Translations under genes and position numbers: made by a program | Source: a virus | Taxonomy: Duplodnaviria; Caudoviricetes | Reading direction: 5' to 3' (one strand) | Length of the DNA stretch: 58,843 bases | Virus record (IMG/VR): IMGVR_UViG_3300036793_000038 | Coordinates: 1-58,843 of that record | The notes under the pieces: model-generated | Databases searched by the model: none | The model's input: the letters and a program-made list of their open reading frames with translations, nothing else | Told to the model about the DNA's origin: nothing | Part shown: positions 16,845-25,504 of the stretch, in pieces | Layout of the letters: each line of letters starts with the position of its first letter | How positions within the stretch are numbered: position 1 is the stretch's first letter

Positions 16845-19228
16845 AGTGCCGCCAGGGCGAGGTCACGCAGGGCTGCGTTGCGCCGGTCCTCGTCGGACAG
16901 GGCGCCGGTACCGGCCGCGTCGCCGCCCTCGGTCTCCTCGTCCGTCTGCGGCAACTGGATACCGGCCTGTCGCAGGTACTCGATCACCGACGCGCCGATC
17001 TGCGTGCCCACGTCGTCGTTCTTCGTGGCGCCCTTCGTGTTCGGGTGCACCTGCTGCACGGCCCCGGCCGCAACCAGCGCCATGACCTCGCCGGACGCGA
17101 CACGCGCCCTCGGCACCGGGAATCCGGGCACGTTCACGGCGAGCGCCGCCACCAGTTCGAGGCGACCACTGACGGGCCGCCAGTCGCCGGACAGGGCGTG
17201 TGCCCGCACCTGTGCCGCGTCGGCGTCCGGGCGCAGTCGACCGCTGAACCAGATGCCGTGCGCGTCGTCGCCGACCGCGATGTCGGCCGCCACCGTGCCG
17301 GTGTTGTCATAGTGAGCCGCAGCAGGCGCGGCAGCGAGGCTGGTGGAGGCGTGACCGGTGCCGAGGGTGATGTGCCCGACGGCGACACTGCGCAGCTCAC
17401 CGGCCTCGTCGCGGGCACGCACCGAGCCGGTGCCGAAGTAGGCATAGTCCGAATGGTTGCGGGGTGGCGTGACGCACTGTCCGGCGAACCCGATGTGACA
17501 GGTGCCCCACGTCGCGAGGTGGCCGAACACGCGGCCGTCGTCGTCCACGGTGAGCGCCGTCGGCTCGGACAGCTTCGGGTTGGCGAAGTCGCTCAACGCG
17601 GGGAACTCGGGCACGCCAGCGGCCGTGGTGGCCTTGACGCTGCCGTCGCTGCCCCAGTTGTCCGGGATCATCTTGGACAGGCCCAGCTTGCGGGCGACAC
17701 CGATGATGTACTTGCGGATCGCGTCGTGGTCGCCCTTGCCGCGACCGACCGCCCGGATCGCCTTGGTGAGGTCGCCAGCGTTCTCAATCGGGTAGCGCGC
17801 ATTGCCAGCCGGCTTGCCCTTCGCGGGTGGTAGCGCCTGCCCCTTCTTGAGGGCGCTGGCCCTCTTGTCGGCGTTGGGTGCTTCCTTCACCGCGTAGCCG
17901 TCGTCATCGAACTCCTCGCCGCTGGCCAGCAGCTCGCACAGCAGGCATCCCTCGTCGCCGACCTCGCTGGAGCGCCACGCGCTCGCCGCCAGCGCCACGT
18001 TGTCGGTCGCCGGGGACAGCTCCTGGCCGTCCAGCACGACGTACGCCTGTGCGAACGCAGGGATCGGCACGAGCGTGGTGGCGGCGATCTTGCCGCCGTG
18101 CACCACCAGCGACTCGGTGCCCTCGCCCAGCTCGTTCACGTCCTCCATCACGTACTCGGCGTCCATGTCCGACAGGTCGATGCTGTTGCCGGTGAGGTAG
18201 CCGCGCCGGGCCAGGTCGGTCGCCTCGGCGTCCGGGTGCAGCTCACCCTTGCCGGACCACACGAACGTGTTCTCAGGGAACGGCTGACCGGTTTCCTTGT
18301 CCACGACGTCCGGGCCGGGCACGCGCGTCATCTCCGCGATCTTGCCCACGACGGCCGCGCCGCTGTGGCCACCCTGGCCGCCGTTCGTGACCTGCGCCAG
18401 GACCGGGATCGGCAGCGCGCGGTGCGACAAGGCGCCCGGCTCAATGTAGCGGTGGTCGCTGGTGGCCAGACCTTCCACGGCCAGCACGGGGAACGTCACC
18501 GGCACGCCGTCGGTCACGGCCGCGTCCACGGCCTCGGGCGACAGGTCGCCAGGGTTGGCGTCGGCCACGATGCTGCTGGTCATGTCAGGTGCCTCCTCGG
18601 GCGCCACCATCGGGTAGTCGGTCACAGTGTCGCCGATCACGACCCGGACGCGGTCGAACGTCACGGGGCCTGCGTAGGACAGGGCCGTGATCGGCAGGTT
18701 GTAGCCCGCCGTGACGTGCGGGACGAACGGGGTGTGCTGCTGCGGGAACTCGATCGAGCCCAAGGCGTCCTTCGCCTTGTAACACACGATCTGCTGTAGC
18801 TCCTCCAACTGCATCCGACCGCCGCTGCCGTCGATCAGGTACACGGTCGCCGGTTCGTCCGGGCCGGCACCGTCCTCGGTGGCGTTCGGGTTGAACACGG
18901 CGTGCGCGAAGATGGCGCATTCGATCGGGCCGCGCTGTGCCGGGCCGAAGTAGGCACTGCTGAGGTCCGGCGGTGCCCACGGCACGCCGTCGGCCGCCGC
19001 CTGCGCCTGGCCCTGTGCGACGTCGTAGGACCAGTTGGTCAGGCAGTGCACGATGTTCTGGAGTGCCGCCACCGTGTCCGCATCCCAGTCGGTGACGTCG
19101 TCACCGAGGTAGGCGAGCGTCAGGTGCAGCTCGGTGACCGGGTCGCCGCCGGGCACGACGAGGTTCACCAGGCTGTCGTTGCTCGGCACGAGCGCGATCA
19201 TGCCGCCCGTGTGCAGTGGCTCGGTCAT
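16832..19228 (-). CDS. Capsid maturation protease fused to N-terminal 2H phosphoesterase (Acb1/2'-5' RNA ligase-like)
   Basis: HLTLAYLG and PHVTAGY (two HxT motifs); VEG..TSD.R.I..GAL, GRVFGHLATWGTCHIG, LSGDWR, LELVAALAVNVPGFPVPR of cluster-B-type proteases. Confidence 0.85.
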   Translation of the reverse strand: MTEPLHTGGMIALVPSNDSLVNLVVPGGDPVTELHLTLAYLGDDVTDWDADTVAALQNIVHCLTNWSYDVAQGQAQAAADGVPWAPPDLSSAYFGPAQRGPIECAIFAHAVFNPNATEDGAGPDEPATVYLIDGSGGRMQLEELQQIVCYKAKDALGSIEFPQQHTPFVPHVTAGYNLPITALSYAGPVTFDRVRVVIGDTVTDYPMVAPEEAPDMTSSIVADANPGDLSPEAVDAAVTDGVPVTFPVLAVEGLATSDHRYIEPGALSHRALPIPVLAQVTNGGQGGHSGAAVVGKIAEMTRVPGPDVVDKETGQPFPENTFVWSGKGELHPDAEATDLARRGYLTGNSIDLSDMDAEYVMEDVNELGEGTESLVVHGGKIAATTLVPIPAFAQAYVVLDGQELSPATDNVALAASAWRSSEVGDEGCLLCELLASGEEFDDDGYAVKEAPNADKRASALKKGQALPPAKGKPAGNARYPIENAGDLTKAIRAVGRGKGDHDAIRKYIIGVARKLGLSKMIPDNWGSDGSVKATTAAGVPEFPALSDFANPKLSEPTALTVDDDGRVFGHLATWGTCHIGFAGQCVTPPRNHSDYAYFGTGSVRARDEAGELRSVAVGHITLGTGHASTSLAAAPAAAHYDNTGTVAADIAVGDDAHGIWFSGRLRPDADAAQVRAHALSGDWRPVSGRLELVAALAVNVPGFPVPRARVASGEVMALVAAGAVQQVHPNTKGATKNDDVGTQIGASVIEYLRQAGIQLPQTDEETEGGDAAGTGALSDEDRRNAALRDLALAALPFG

Positions 19229-19512
19229 ACGATGTGCTCCGTTTCGGACAGGTTCAGAGCGATGGCTTCCTGCCCGTACTTCAGCCGTAGCCCGGACAGT
19301 GCGGCCCGCAGGTCGTCCTCGCGGGCCGGTTCGATCTCAAACGCCACGCAGGCGTTCTGGTAGACCGAGGTCGACATGCTGCTCCAGGTGCCGTGCAGGC
19401 GCACGCCGACGGCCAGCACAACCAGCTCCAGGTCGGTGACGAACGTCGACCAGCGCTCTTGTGTCAGCTTGTCGTCGCTGTTGCCGATCGCGACGTGCGC
19501 CGTGCGGTTCAC
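19225..19512 (-). CDS. Conserved actinophage hypothetical protein
   Basis: GTG start; IGNSDDKLTQ..W..F, YQNAC, KYGQEAIA motifs. Confidence 0.65.
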   Translation of the reverse strand: MNRTAHVAIGNSDDKLTQERWSTFVTDLELVVLAVGVRLHGTWSSMSTSVYQNACVAFEIEPAREDDLRAALSGLRLKYGQEAIALNLSETEHIV

Positions 19513-19604
19513 CGGAACGGCCTCCACGGGTGCACGATCAGGATCAGCAGCAGCAGGATCGCCACGATGATCAGGATGGTGTTGGTGGTCGAGACGCTGT
19601 CCAT
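19509..19604 (-). CDS. Single-TM micropeptide
   Basis: 31 aa MDSVSTTNTILIIVAILLLLILIVHPWRPFR; GGAGG RBS, coupled on both sides. Confidence 0.55.
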   Translation of the reverse strand: MDSVSTTNTILIIVAILLLLILIVHPWRPFR

Positions 19605-19822
19605 CAGTCCTCCACGGGCTCAAACGTGAGGGTGTAGCTGCCCTGCTCGAACCCCGACAGGACCTCGTCCTTCACGGTCATCGTGAGGGACAGGCCGGGC
19701 GTGTACTTCGCCCACTCTTTGTTGGCGCCGTCGGCGTAGTCGGCGGTGAAGTGCAGCGTGGTCTGTCCGTCGCCGGACGGCTGCCGGTCGTAGATCCTGA
19801 CCTTGGCGGTGGTGGCCATCAT
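19604..19822 (-). CDS. Small beta-rich phage protein of unknown function
   Basis: about 72 aa with ANKEWAKYTPG.SL.MTV...F..G.Y.LTF motif; coupled to acb2 stop. Confidence 0.7.
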   Translation of the reverse strand: MMATTAKVRIYDRQPSGDGQTTLHFTADYADGANKEWAKYTPGLSLTMTVKDEVLSGFEQGSYTLTFEPVED

Positions 19823-20061
19823 TCCTCCGGGTTGTTGAACGGGTCGGCTGGTTGGGCGATCGAGCGCACGAGCGCGCTGAAGCCCTCCTGGAAGTGGGTG
19901 CGGGCGATCGCCAGCCACCGGCCGTCGATCTCGTCCTCACCCGCGACCGCGCGCCACAGCGTCGCCACTTCGGCCTCAGTGGCCTTGACGGCGTTCATGG
20001 CGTCGATCTCTGCGGGCCTCAGGTCGCGGTAGCCCTTGATCGCTCGGTGCTGATTCTCCAT
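19819..20061 (-). CDS. acb2: Anti-CBASS protein Acb2 (cyclic oligonucleotide sponge)
   Basis: MENQHRAIKGYRDL..EIDAMNAVK...GRWLAIARTHFQEGFSALVRSIAQP closely matches recalled PaMx33 Acb2, with Y11 and K26 at the same positions. Confidence 0.88.
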   Translation of the reverse strand: MENQHRAIKGYRDLRPAEIDAMNAVKATEAEVATLWRAVAGEDEIDGRWLAIARTHFQEGFSALVRSIAQPADPFNNPEE

Positions 20062-20098
20062 CAGTTCGCCTGCTCTCGGCCCGTGGATATGGGCCATA

Positions 20099-20344
20099 CG
20101 TATACGGTCGAACAGTGGGCCTGACCAGCGACTACTTGCGTATACGCCTGACGGCCCTCTCGTCCACCTGCTGCGGGAAGTCGTCCTGCCTCGTCGCCCA
20201 GTTGAGAGCGACCCGCATGACCTCTGACCTGGTCGTTTGGTACTTCTCGGCCAGCCTGTCCATGTAGTCCACACCCTCGGCCGACAGTCGAACGGGTGTC
20301 ACAATGCGCGCTGTCATGCGTATACGGTAGCGCGCCGTATACGG
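20099..20344. promoter_or_regulatory. Four CGTATACG palindromes around the RHH gene (candidate operators)
   Basis: CGTATACG at 20099, 20139, 20319, 20336; the 20319 copy overlaps -10 TACCGT and the 6-nt gap to the ATG. Confidence 0.7.
20132..20317 (-). CDS. CopG-like ribbon-helix-helix DNA-binding protein
   Basis: 61 aa: VTPVRLS strand, GVDYMDRLAEKY helix, TRSEVMRVAL helix. Confidence 0.85.
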   Translation of the reverse strand: MTARIVTPVRLSAEGVDYMDRLAEKYQTTRSEVMRVALNWATRQDDFPQQVDERAVRRIRK

Positions 20345-20356
20345 TGCTCGCCGTCC

Positions 20357-23083
20357 TCATGCCGGGTTCCGATCCAGGAACCGCTGCTGCAACGCCACGA
20401 TGCGATCCCGCTCCGCGACGTTGCCCTGCGCCACCGTGCCACTGCGTCGGGCCGCCTCGTCCGTCGCCGCCAGGATGCGGTCGCCGCTGATCTGGCCGCT
20501 GTCGACCTGAAGGGCCTCTCGGGTGTCCCGGTACTCCGGGATCGCCCACACGGGCACGTAGTCGCACATGCAGCCGTCGTGATCGCCAGGATGGAAGAAC
20601 GGCCCCACCCATTCGTAGCCGGGCGACAGCCTCGTGTTCAGCTGCTCGTCCATCCATCCGCCGAACCGTGCGCCGTCCAGCTTCTCGTGCGGCTCGAACT
20701 CGCGAGGCGTCGGCGTGATGCCGTACACCCACTCATAGCCCAACTGCTGTCCGCCCTGGTCAGCGACGGTGGACATGACGGTTTCGCCGACCAGTCCACC
20801 GGCCGGCACGCCATCGTTCGCGGCACTGCCGCCCTTCTCGGTGGCGCCACCACTGCCCGGTAGCACGCCGCCGACCTCGGCCAGTGCGGCCCGGACGACG
20901 CCCGGCGGCACCAGTGCCGCCTTGGACTCGCCACGGCTCTCGCCGGACGGGTGGTACAGGCGCTGCTGTGCGACCTCGCGCAGCCTCGACTCCAGCCGGG
21001 ACCAGCCACGCTCCTGACGGGCCGCCAGCGCCTCGTTGACGTGGTCAGACACCTTGCGCGCCTCGTCGCCCTTCAGGCCCAGCAGCTTCGCCACGGCCCG
21101 CGACAACTGGAGGATGCTGTTCGACGTCCACGTCAGCCACTTCGCGTGCAGCGCCTCGAACGCACCCGTCAACAGCGCCGCGAGGTCCACGCCCCGCTTG
21201 GCCAGTTCGGCCTCGCCGATCAGCATGGCGAAGCTCGCGGCATCCGCATCCTTGAGACGTTCACGCAGCTCAGGGGTGCGCTGGACACTGGACCGGACAC
21301 GGGCGCCCGCCTTCTCCAGCGCCCGCTCAATCGCGTCCTCGGCGGCCACGATCAGCCGGTCCCGCAGTGCACGCTCGATCTCCACCAGGCGTGCCGAGTC
21401 CGCCTCGGTGGTGTGGTAGCCGCCTGCCGCCGTCAAGGCGTCCGCGATGCTGCTCAGCGTGTCTGTCCCCACGGCCGGGATGTCGTCGCGCGTCATCCCG
21501 ATCACGGCCAGCGCCCACTCGCGGCGACCGAGGTCGGACAGGCCGGGCGGCGGGGCAGGCGTGTTGCTCGGTGGCGCCTCGCCAGCCGTGTTGCCGCTGG
21601 TGGGCGTGCCCTGCCCGGTCTGCGGCGTGACCGGCTCCAGGCCCTTCGGTCCTTCGTGCTCCTCGATCGTGACCGTGGTGCGGGCCGGGGTGAGGACGTC
21701 CTGGCCGGGCGCGAACACGCGCTGAATGAGCTGCGCGGCCGTGATCGGGTCCATACCGGTCTTCATCAGCAGCTGCCGCAGTACCTGCTTGTCGTCCGGC
21801 GCGTCCTCCTCGCTGAAGCCCAGAGCGTCACGCAGCGCATCGTCGTTGATGACGACGCGGTCGTGTGCGTCCTTCGCATCCTGTGCTCGGTTGGGATTCT
21901 CTGTGAGGTTGCCGGCGTCGAACCACACCCGCACGAGGGCGATTTCTTGCAGGTCAAACTGCTTGCGGGCGATCAACCGGGGCCACAGATAGCCTTCGGT
22001 CAAACTGTCCACGATGTTTCGGACACGTGGGTCTATGTGGTAACGGTACGTGTTCAGGTCGATCTGCGCGCCGGTCCAGTGGTTCGTCTCGCCGATGCCG
22101 GACAGCACCTCGGGCGGCAGGTCCAGGCCGGTGCCGAGGCGCTGGAGCGCGTTGTCCAGGGCGGCCAGCAGGCTCGTGTTGTCGTCGCGGACCAGCTGGA
22201 GGTGTCGCACGCCGGCCAGGTCTTCCGTGTTGCCCTTGATGACCATGGGCACGACGGCGCCGGGTTCGCCTTCGTTGTTGATCGGGGCGAGCATGGCGGC
22301 GGTGAACTCGGCCATGAACCCGTCCTCGTCCGGGTCCTGTTCCTGGTCGGCTTGGGTGGCGGGCTGGAGGGACAGTCCGTCCGGGAGTAGCAGGATGCCG
22401 TTGGCGGCGGCACGGGAGCGGCGCACGGCGCGGCGTTCGCGGCCGTTGAGCACGATCTCGCCGCACAGGTCCTGCATGGCGCGCATGGGGGCGTCGGCGA
22501 AGTCGCTGTATCGCGGGTGGGGTAGCCACAGCCGCAGCATGTCTTCGGTGGACGGGTCGACCTGGTGGCGGATCTGGCCTTTGCCGTTGACGAGGAACAT
22601 GCCGCCGTCGGCCGCGATGCGGACCTCATCGACGGACAGGACTTCCCAGCGTTCCCTGCCCAGCGGGTCGGTGTAGCCGTGTAGCCAGCATTCGCCGGTC
22701 AGGTCGAAGTTCTCGGCGATCTTGCCTTGGAAGTCGGCACCGGAGTCGAGTGGCAGGCGGGCCAGCTCATCCTCCACGGCCTGCATCAGCTCGTCCGACA
22801 CACCGTCAGGCTTCTTGGCGAAGGGCACCGGGTCGTCGCTGTCCGTCGACGTGGCGGCACCGATGACCTTGACGCGGCCGATGGCGTTGGCGATGAACTT
22901 GCCGGCGAACCTCAGCTCGGGAATCAGGTCGCGGTACACCCACGAGTCGGTCTGCCAGACCTGCTTGGTGCCGACGAGCAGGCGCAGCGACTCGCGGTCG
23001 CGGGTGTCGATGAACGCACCCGAGGCGCGCAGCAGGGTCGGCTTGCGCTTCAGCGGGTGCGTGTTGGGCAGCGCCACGGTCAT
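20357..23083 (-). CDS. Portal protein with C-terminal MuF-like head morphogenesis domain
   Basis: WQ..SW..RD.IPELRF, RLW.PHPR, GLDLPPEVL.G....NHW portal motifs; C-terminal H..LDG...HPGDHDGCMC. Confidence 0.88.
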   Translation of the reverse strand: MTVALPNTHPLKRKPTLLRASGAFIDTRDRESLRLLVGTKQVWQTDSWVYRDLIPELRFAGKFIANAIGRVKVIGAATSTDSDDPVPFAKKPDGVSDELMQAVEDELARLPLDSGADFQGKIAENFDLTGECWLHGYTDPLGRERWEVLSVDEVRIAADGGMFLVNGKGQIRHQVDPSTEDMLRLWLPHPRYSDFADAPMRAMQDLCGEIVLNGRERRAVRRSRAAANGILLLPDGLSLQPATQADQEQDPDEDGFMAEFTAAMLAPINNEGEPGAVVPMVIKGNTEDLAGVRHLQLVRDDNTSLLAALDNALQRLGTGLDLPPEVLSGIGETNHWTGAQIDLNTYRYHIDPRVRNIVDSLTEGYLWPRLIARKQFDLQEIALVRVWFDAGNLTENPNRAQDAKDAHDRVVINDDALRDALGFSEEDAPDDKQVLRQLLMKTGMDPITAAQLIQRVFAPGQDVLTPARTTVTIEEHEGPKGLEPVTPQTGQGTPTSGNTAGEAPPSNTPAPPPGLSDLGRREWALAVIGMTRDDIPAVGTDTLSSIADALTAAGGYHTTEADSARLVEIERALRDRLIVAAEDAIERALEKAGARVRSSVQRTPELRERLKDADAASFAMLIGEAELAKRGVDLAALLTGAFEALHAKWLTWTSNSILQLSRAVAKLLGLKGDEARKVSDHVNEALAARQERGWSRLESRLREVAQQRLYHPSGESRGESKAALVPPGVVRAALAEVGGVLPGSGGATEKGGSAANDGVPAGGLVGETVMSTVADQGGQQLGYEWVYGITPTPREFEPHEKLDGARFGGWMDEQLNTRLSPGYEWVGPFFHPGDHDGCMCDYVPVWAIPEYRDTREALQVDSGQISGDRILAATDEAARRSGTVAQGNVAERDRIVALQQRFLDRNPA

Positions 23084-23086
23084 CGG

Positions 23087-23413
23087 CTACTCCACGTCCC
23101 GGCTGGCCAGCCAGCCCGTCACGGTACTGAAGGCGAGCGGCACGGCGACGATCGGCCAGACGTGCGGGATCACGCTCATGATCGCGACCACCCCCGCTCC
23201 GATCCAGAACCCGATGCACCAGGCGCAGTCCACCAGGGCGGTCGCCGGATGCTCGCTCTCGCGCCCCTCGTTCAGCTTGTCGATCACAGTCTGCCGCACG
23301 CGTGGTAGCGGGGGCAGGCTGTCGCGTGTCCACAGCCTCGTCAGCCGGCAGGCGGCCAGCGCGTTGACGATCAGCCACACCGGGTCGTGCAGCCAATCCA
23401 GGTGGGCGCTCAC
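23087..23413 (-). CDS. DUF1360-like membrane protein
   Basis: ALA..RLTRL...D, L.DC.WC.GFW motifs; precedes portal. Confidence 0.8.
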   Translation of the reverse strand: MSAHLDWLHDPVWLIVNALAACRLTRLWTRDSLPPLPRVRQTVIDKLNEGRESEHPATALVDCAWCIGFWIGAGVVAIMSVIPHVWPIVAVPLAFSTVTGWLASRDVE

Positions 23414-23655
23414 TCGATCCGGGCCACGGCGACCGCCTGCACGGCGTTCTGGTAGATCGCGGACAGGTCACCGGGGGCGACACCGGGCGCGGCGAGGTGC
23501 AGCGCGTACCAGATCACCTCGTGCTGTGCGGCGACCTCGGTGGCCGCGCCACAGACGCACGTCAGGTGCACGAAGTGCTCGCCCTCCACGACAGCGTCAA
23601 CGCGGCGGCCGGTGATCGCGTGCACCACGTCGCCTTCTCGCACCTGGATGTTCAT
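23410..23655 (-). CDS. Hypothetical protein
   Basis: 81 aa from MNIQVREG; ATGA/GTGA overlaps. Confidence 0.55.
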   Translation of the reverse strand: MNIQVREGDVVHAITGRRVDAVVEGEHFVHLTCVCGAATEVAAQHEVIWYALHLAAPGVAPGDLSAIYQNAVQAVAVARIE

Positions 23656-24008
23656 GCCGGCCACGGCAGCGTGTTGCGCGCCCACTCCGGTACCCAGTAC
23701 TTGAGCCGGGAGCCGCAGCCACAACCGCCACCGCCCGTGATCGTCACGGTGCCGCCCTCCACGGGCAGGTAGTAGCCCATCCGGGCGTCGTTGAGGGGTC
23801 GCGTGGCGGCGGCGAAGTCGATCGGGGCCGTGAAGGCAGGCTCCACGTCCGCGCTGGCCTTCACCGGGGCCTGCCGGTAGACGTACACGCCCTGCGGGGT
23901 GAGGAACACCTTGCAGCGGTGCAACACGGTCCGGTCCGGCAGCACCACGCTGGCGGGGTAGAACGAGGCATACGCGCCGGTCGGCGTGGTGATCACGGAC
24001 TCGGTCAT
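23652..24008 (-). CDS. Conserved actinophage protein with GCGCGS motif (probably leaderless)
   Basis: 118 aa, C-terminal GGCGCGSRLKYW.P; -10 TACGAT seven nt before ATG. Confidence 0.7.
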   Translation of the reverse strand: MTESVITTPTGAYASFYPASVVLPDRTVLHRCKVFLTPQGVYVYRQAPVKASADVEPAFTAPIDFAAATRPLNDARMGYYLPVEGGTVTITGGGGCGCGSRLKYWVPEWARNTLPWPA

Positions 24009-24015
24009 GGGGTTG

Positions 24016-24062
24016 ATCGTACAGCAGACACCCCCCGACGCGGGGGTGCGTCGGGGGGTGTC
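24016..24062 (-). promoter_or_regulatory. Portal-operon promoter with perfect 15-bp inverted repeat
   Basis: GACACCCCCCGACGC-N6-GCGTCGGGGGGTGTC (24027-24062); -10 TACGAT at 24021-24016. Confidence 0.7.
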
Positions 24063-24078
24063 GATGGGGGTGCTGCGG

Positions 24079-24315
24079 TCAGCCCTCCAGCTGGTTGCGG
24101 TGGTTGTCGCAGACGTTGACTCCGTGCGTGTTGTCGGTCCAGGCCGCCTCGCGCCGGCAGTAATGGCACTTCTGGCCGCCCCGGATACGGCGGGTGACGC
24201 GCTTGACGACCTTGCGCCGCTCGCGACGTTCGGTCGCCGCGTCCGCCGCCGCCTGCGTTCTCTCGTTCTTGGCCTGCTGCTTGGCGCTGGCGATCATCGC
24301 CTTGCGGTAGCTCAC
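24079..24315 (-). CDS. Small zinc-finger protein
   Basis: CHYC...VCDNH. Confidence 0.6.
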   Translation of the reverse strand: MSYRKAMIASAKQQAKNERTQAAADAATERRERRKVVKRVTRRIRGGQKCHYCRREAAWTDNTHGVNVCDNHRNQLEG

Positions 24316-24530
24316 CGGTTGTACTCCCCCTTCTCGGCCTTACGGATGAACCGTCGGTACGTCCTGACCGCGCTGGCCAGGGTCCTGTCGCCGGTCGAGA
24401 TGTCGACCTGCGTGCCACGACGGAACGCCTGGATCGTGTACTTGCGGGTCGCCGGGTCGGTGCCGTCCACCTCGTACAGGTCCACGCGCACGTCCTGCGG
24501 GAAGGTGGCCCGGTCACGTAGCTGCTTCAC
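24312..24530 (-). CDS. Hypothetical protein
   Basis: GTG start, GAGGAG RBS, GTGA overlaps. Confidence 0.55.
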   Translation of the reverse strand: MKQLRDRATFPQDVRVDLYEVDGTDPATRKYTIQAFRRGTQVDISTGDRTLASAVRTYRRFIRKAEKGEYNR

Positions 24531-24718
24531 TTCGGACTCCTCGCCGCGCCGATGATCGTGAGCACGACCGCGAGTGCGGCCACGACGTACAGCACCTTGA
24601 TCTGTCCCGTGACGCCCCATGCGGCGAGCGACAGCGGCAACAGGCAGATACCCGTGATCAGCAGCGGGTGGGTACGCGGGGGTGTCGGGTCACTCGGTGG
24701 CTTGCCCTGAAGCATCAC
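24527..24718 (-). CDS. Small membrane protein
   Basis: 63 aa, two hydrophobic segments. Confidence 0.55.
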   Translation of the reverse strand: MMLQGKPPSDPTPPRTHPLLITGICLLPLSLAAWGVTGQIKVLYVVAALAVVLTIIGAARSPK

Positions 24719-24977
24719 TCACCGCCTCATCCATCAGGCCCAGCGAGTACCTGCTGATCACGGCGTTGACCGCGCCGTTGAGGTTCTGCTGGAACGTCTG
24801 GAGGTCGGCCTGCTGCTGCATCGTGGCGAGCCGTCCGGCCAGCAGCGACATCGGCACGCCGACCGAGGCGATGTTGAAGTTCCGGCCGTCCGGTGTCGGC
24901 ATCATCATCGTCAACACGACGACCTCGGGCGCCTTGGGCGTTTTCCCCAGTAGGGGGACGCCGTTGGTGGGCTGCAT
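24690..24977 (-). CDS. Hypothetical protein
   Basis: MQPTNGVPLLGK; GAGGAG RBS. Confidence 0.6.
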   Translation of the reverse strand: MQPTNGVPLLGKTPKAPEVVVLTMMMPTPDGRNFNIASVGVPMSLLAGRLATMQQQADLQTFQQNLNGAVNAVISRYSLGLMDEAVSDASGQATE

Positions 24978-24985
24978 TGCTCTCC

Positions 24986-25408
24986 TCACATTCGGGTCGC
25001 GGACCAGGCCGCGCCCGTCTCGTCGCGCAACAGGATGCCGTTGCGCGTGGTGCCGATGACCTCCAGCAGCGAGCCGACGGCCGGGTTCGCGCTGCGCAGC
25101 GGCACGCCGTAGGCGTCCGTCTTGGGGGCGACCAGCTTGACCGGCGGCGCCTTGCGCGTGACCTTGGCGACCGGCTCGGCGACCGGTTGGACCTTCTGCG
25201 GCTTGCTCGACAGCCGCCACACCTTGCCCTGGTTGAGGCATTCCAGTCCGACGTCGCGCCGCACCAGCTCCAGCATCACGCGCTGGATCGAGCCGTCATT
25301 GACGCCGTCGGGCAGGTAGTCGCGCAGCTGTTCGAGGGTGATCAGCTCGCCCCGGTGTTCCTCCACGTACGTGGCGACGTCCGCCACGATCGCGATTCCA
25401 CGTGCCAT
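24986..25408 (-). CDS. Putative winged-helix DNA-binding protein
   Basis: 140 aa; ITLEQLRDYL...SIQRVMLEL...GKVWRL pattern. Confidence 0.55.
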   Translation of the reverse strand: MARGIAIVADVATYVEEHRGELITLEQLRDYLPDGVNDGSIQRVMLELVRRDVGLECLNQGKVWRLSSKPQKVQPVAEPVAKVTRKAPPVKLVAPKTDAYGVPLRSANPAVGSLLEVIGTTRNGILLRDETGAAWSATRM

Positions 25409-25461
25409 AATGTGATCCTCTCGGTGATCTGATCCACGCCATTTCAGGTGGCGTTCGGGTG

Positions 25462-25498
25462 ACGGCCGGACGGGCTCCTCTCGGTCCCGTCCGGCCGT
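25462..25498 (-). terminator. Intergenic 13-bp hairpin
   Basis: ACGGCCGGACGGG-N11-CCCGTCCGGCCGT. Confidence 0.6.
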
Positions 25499-25504
25499 TG
25501 CGGT

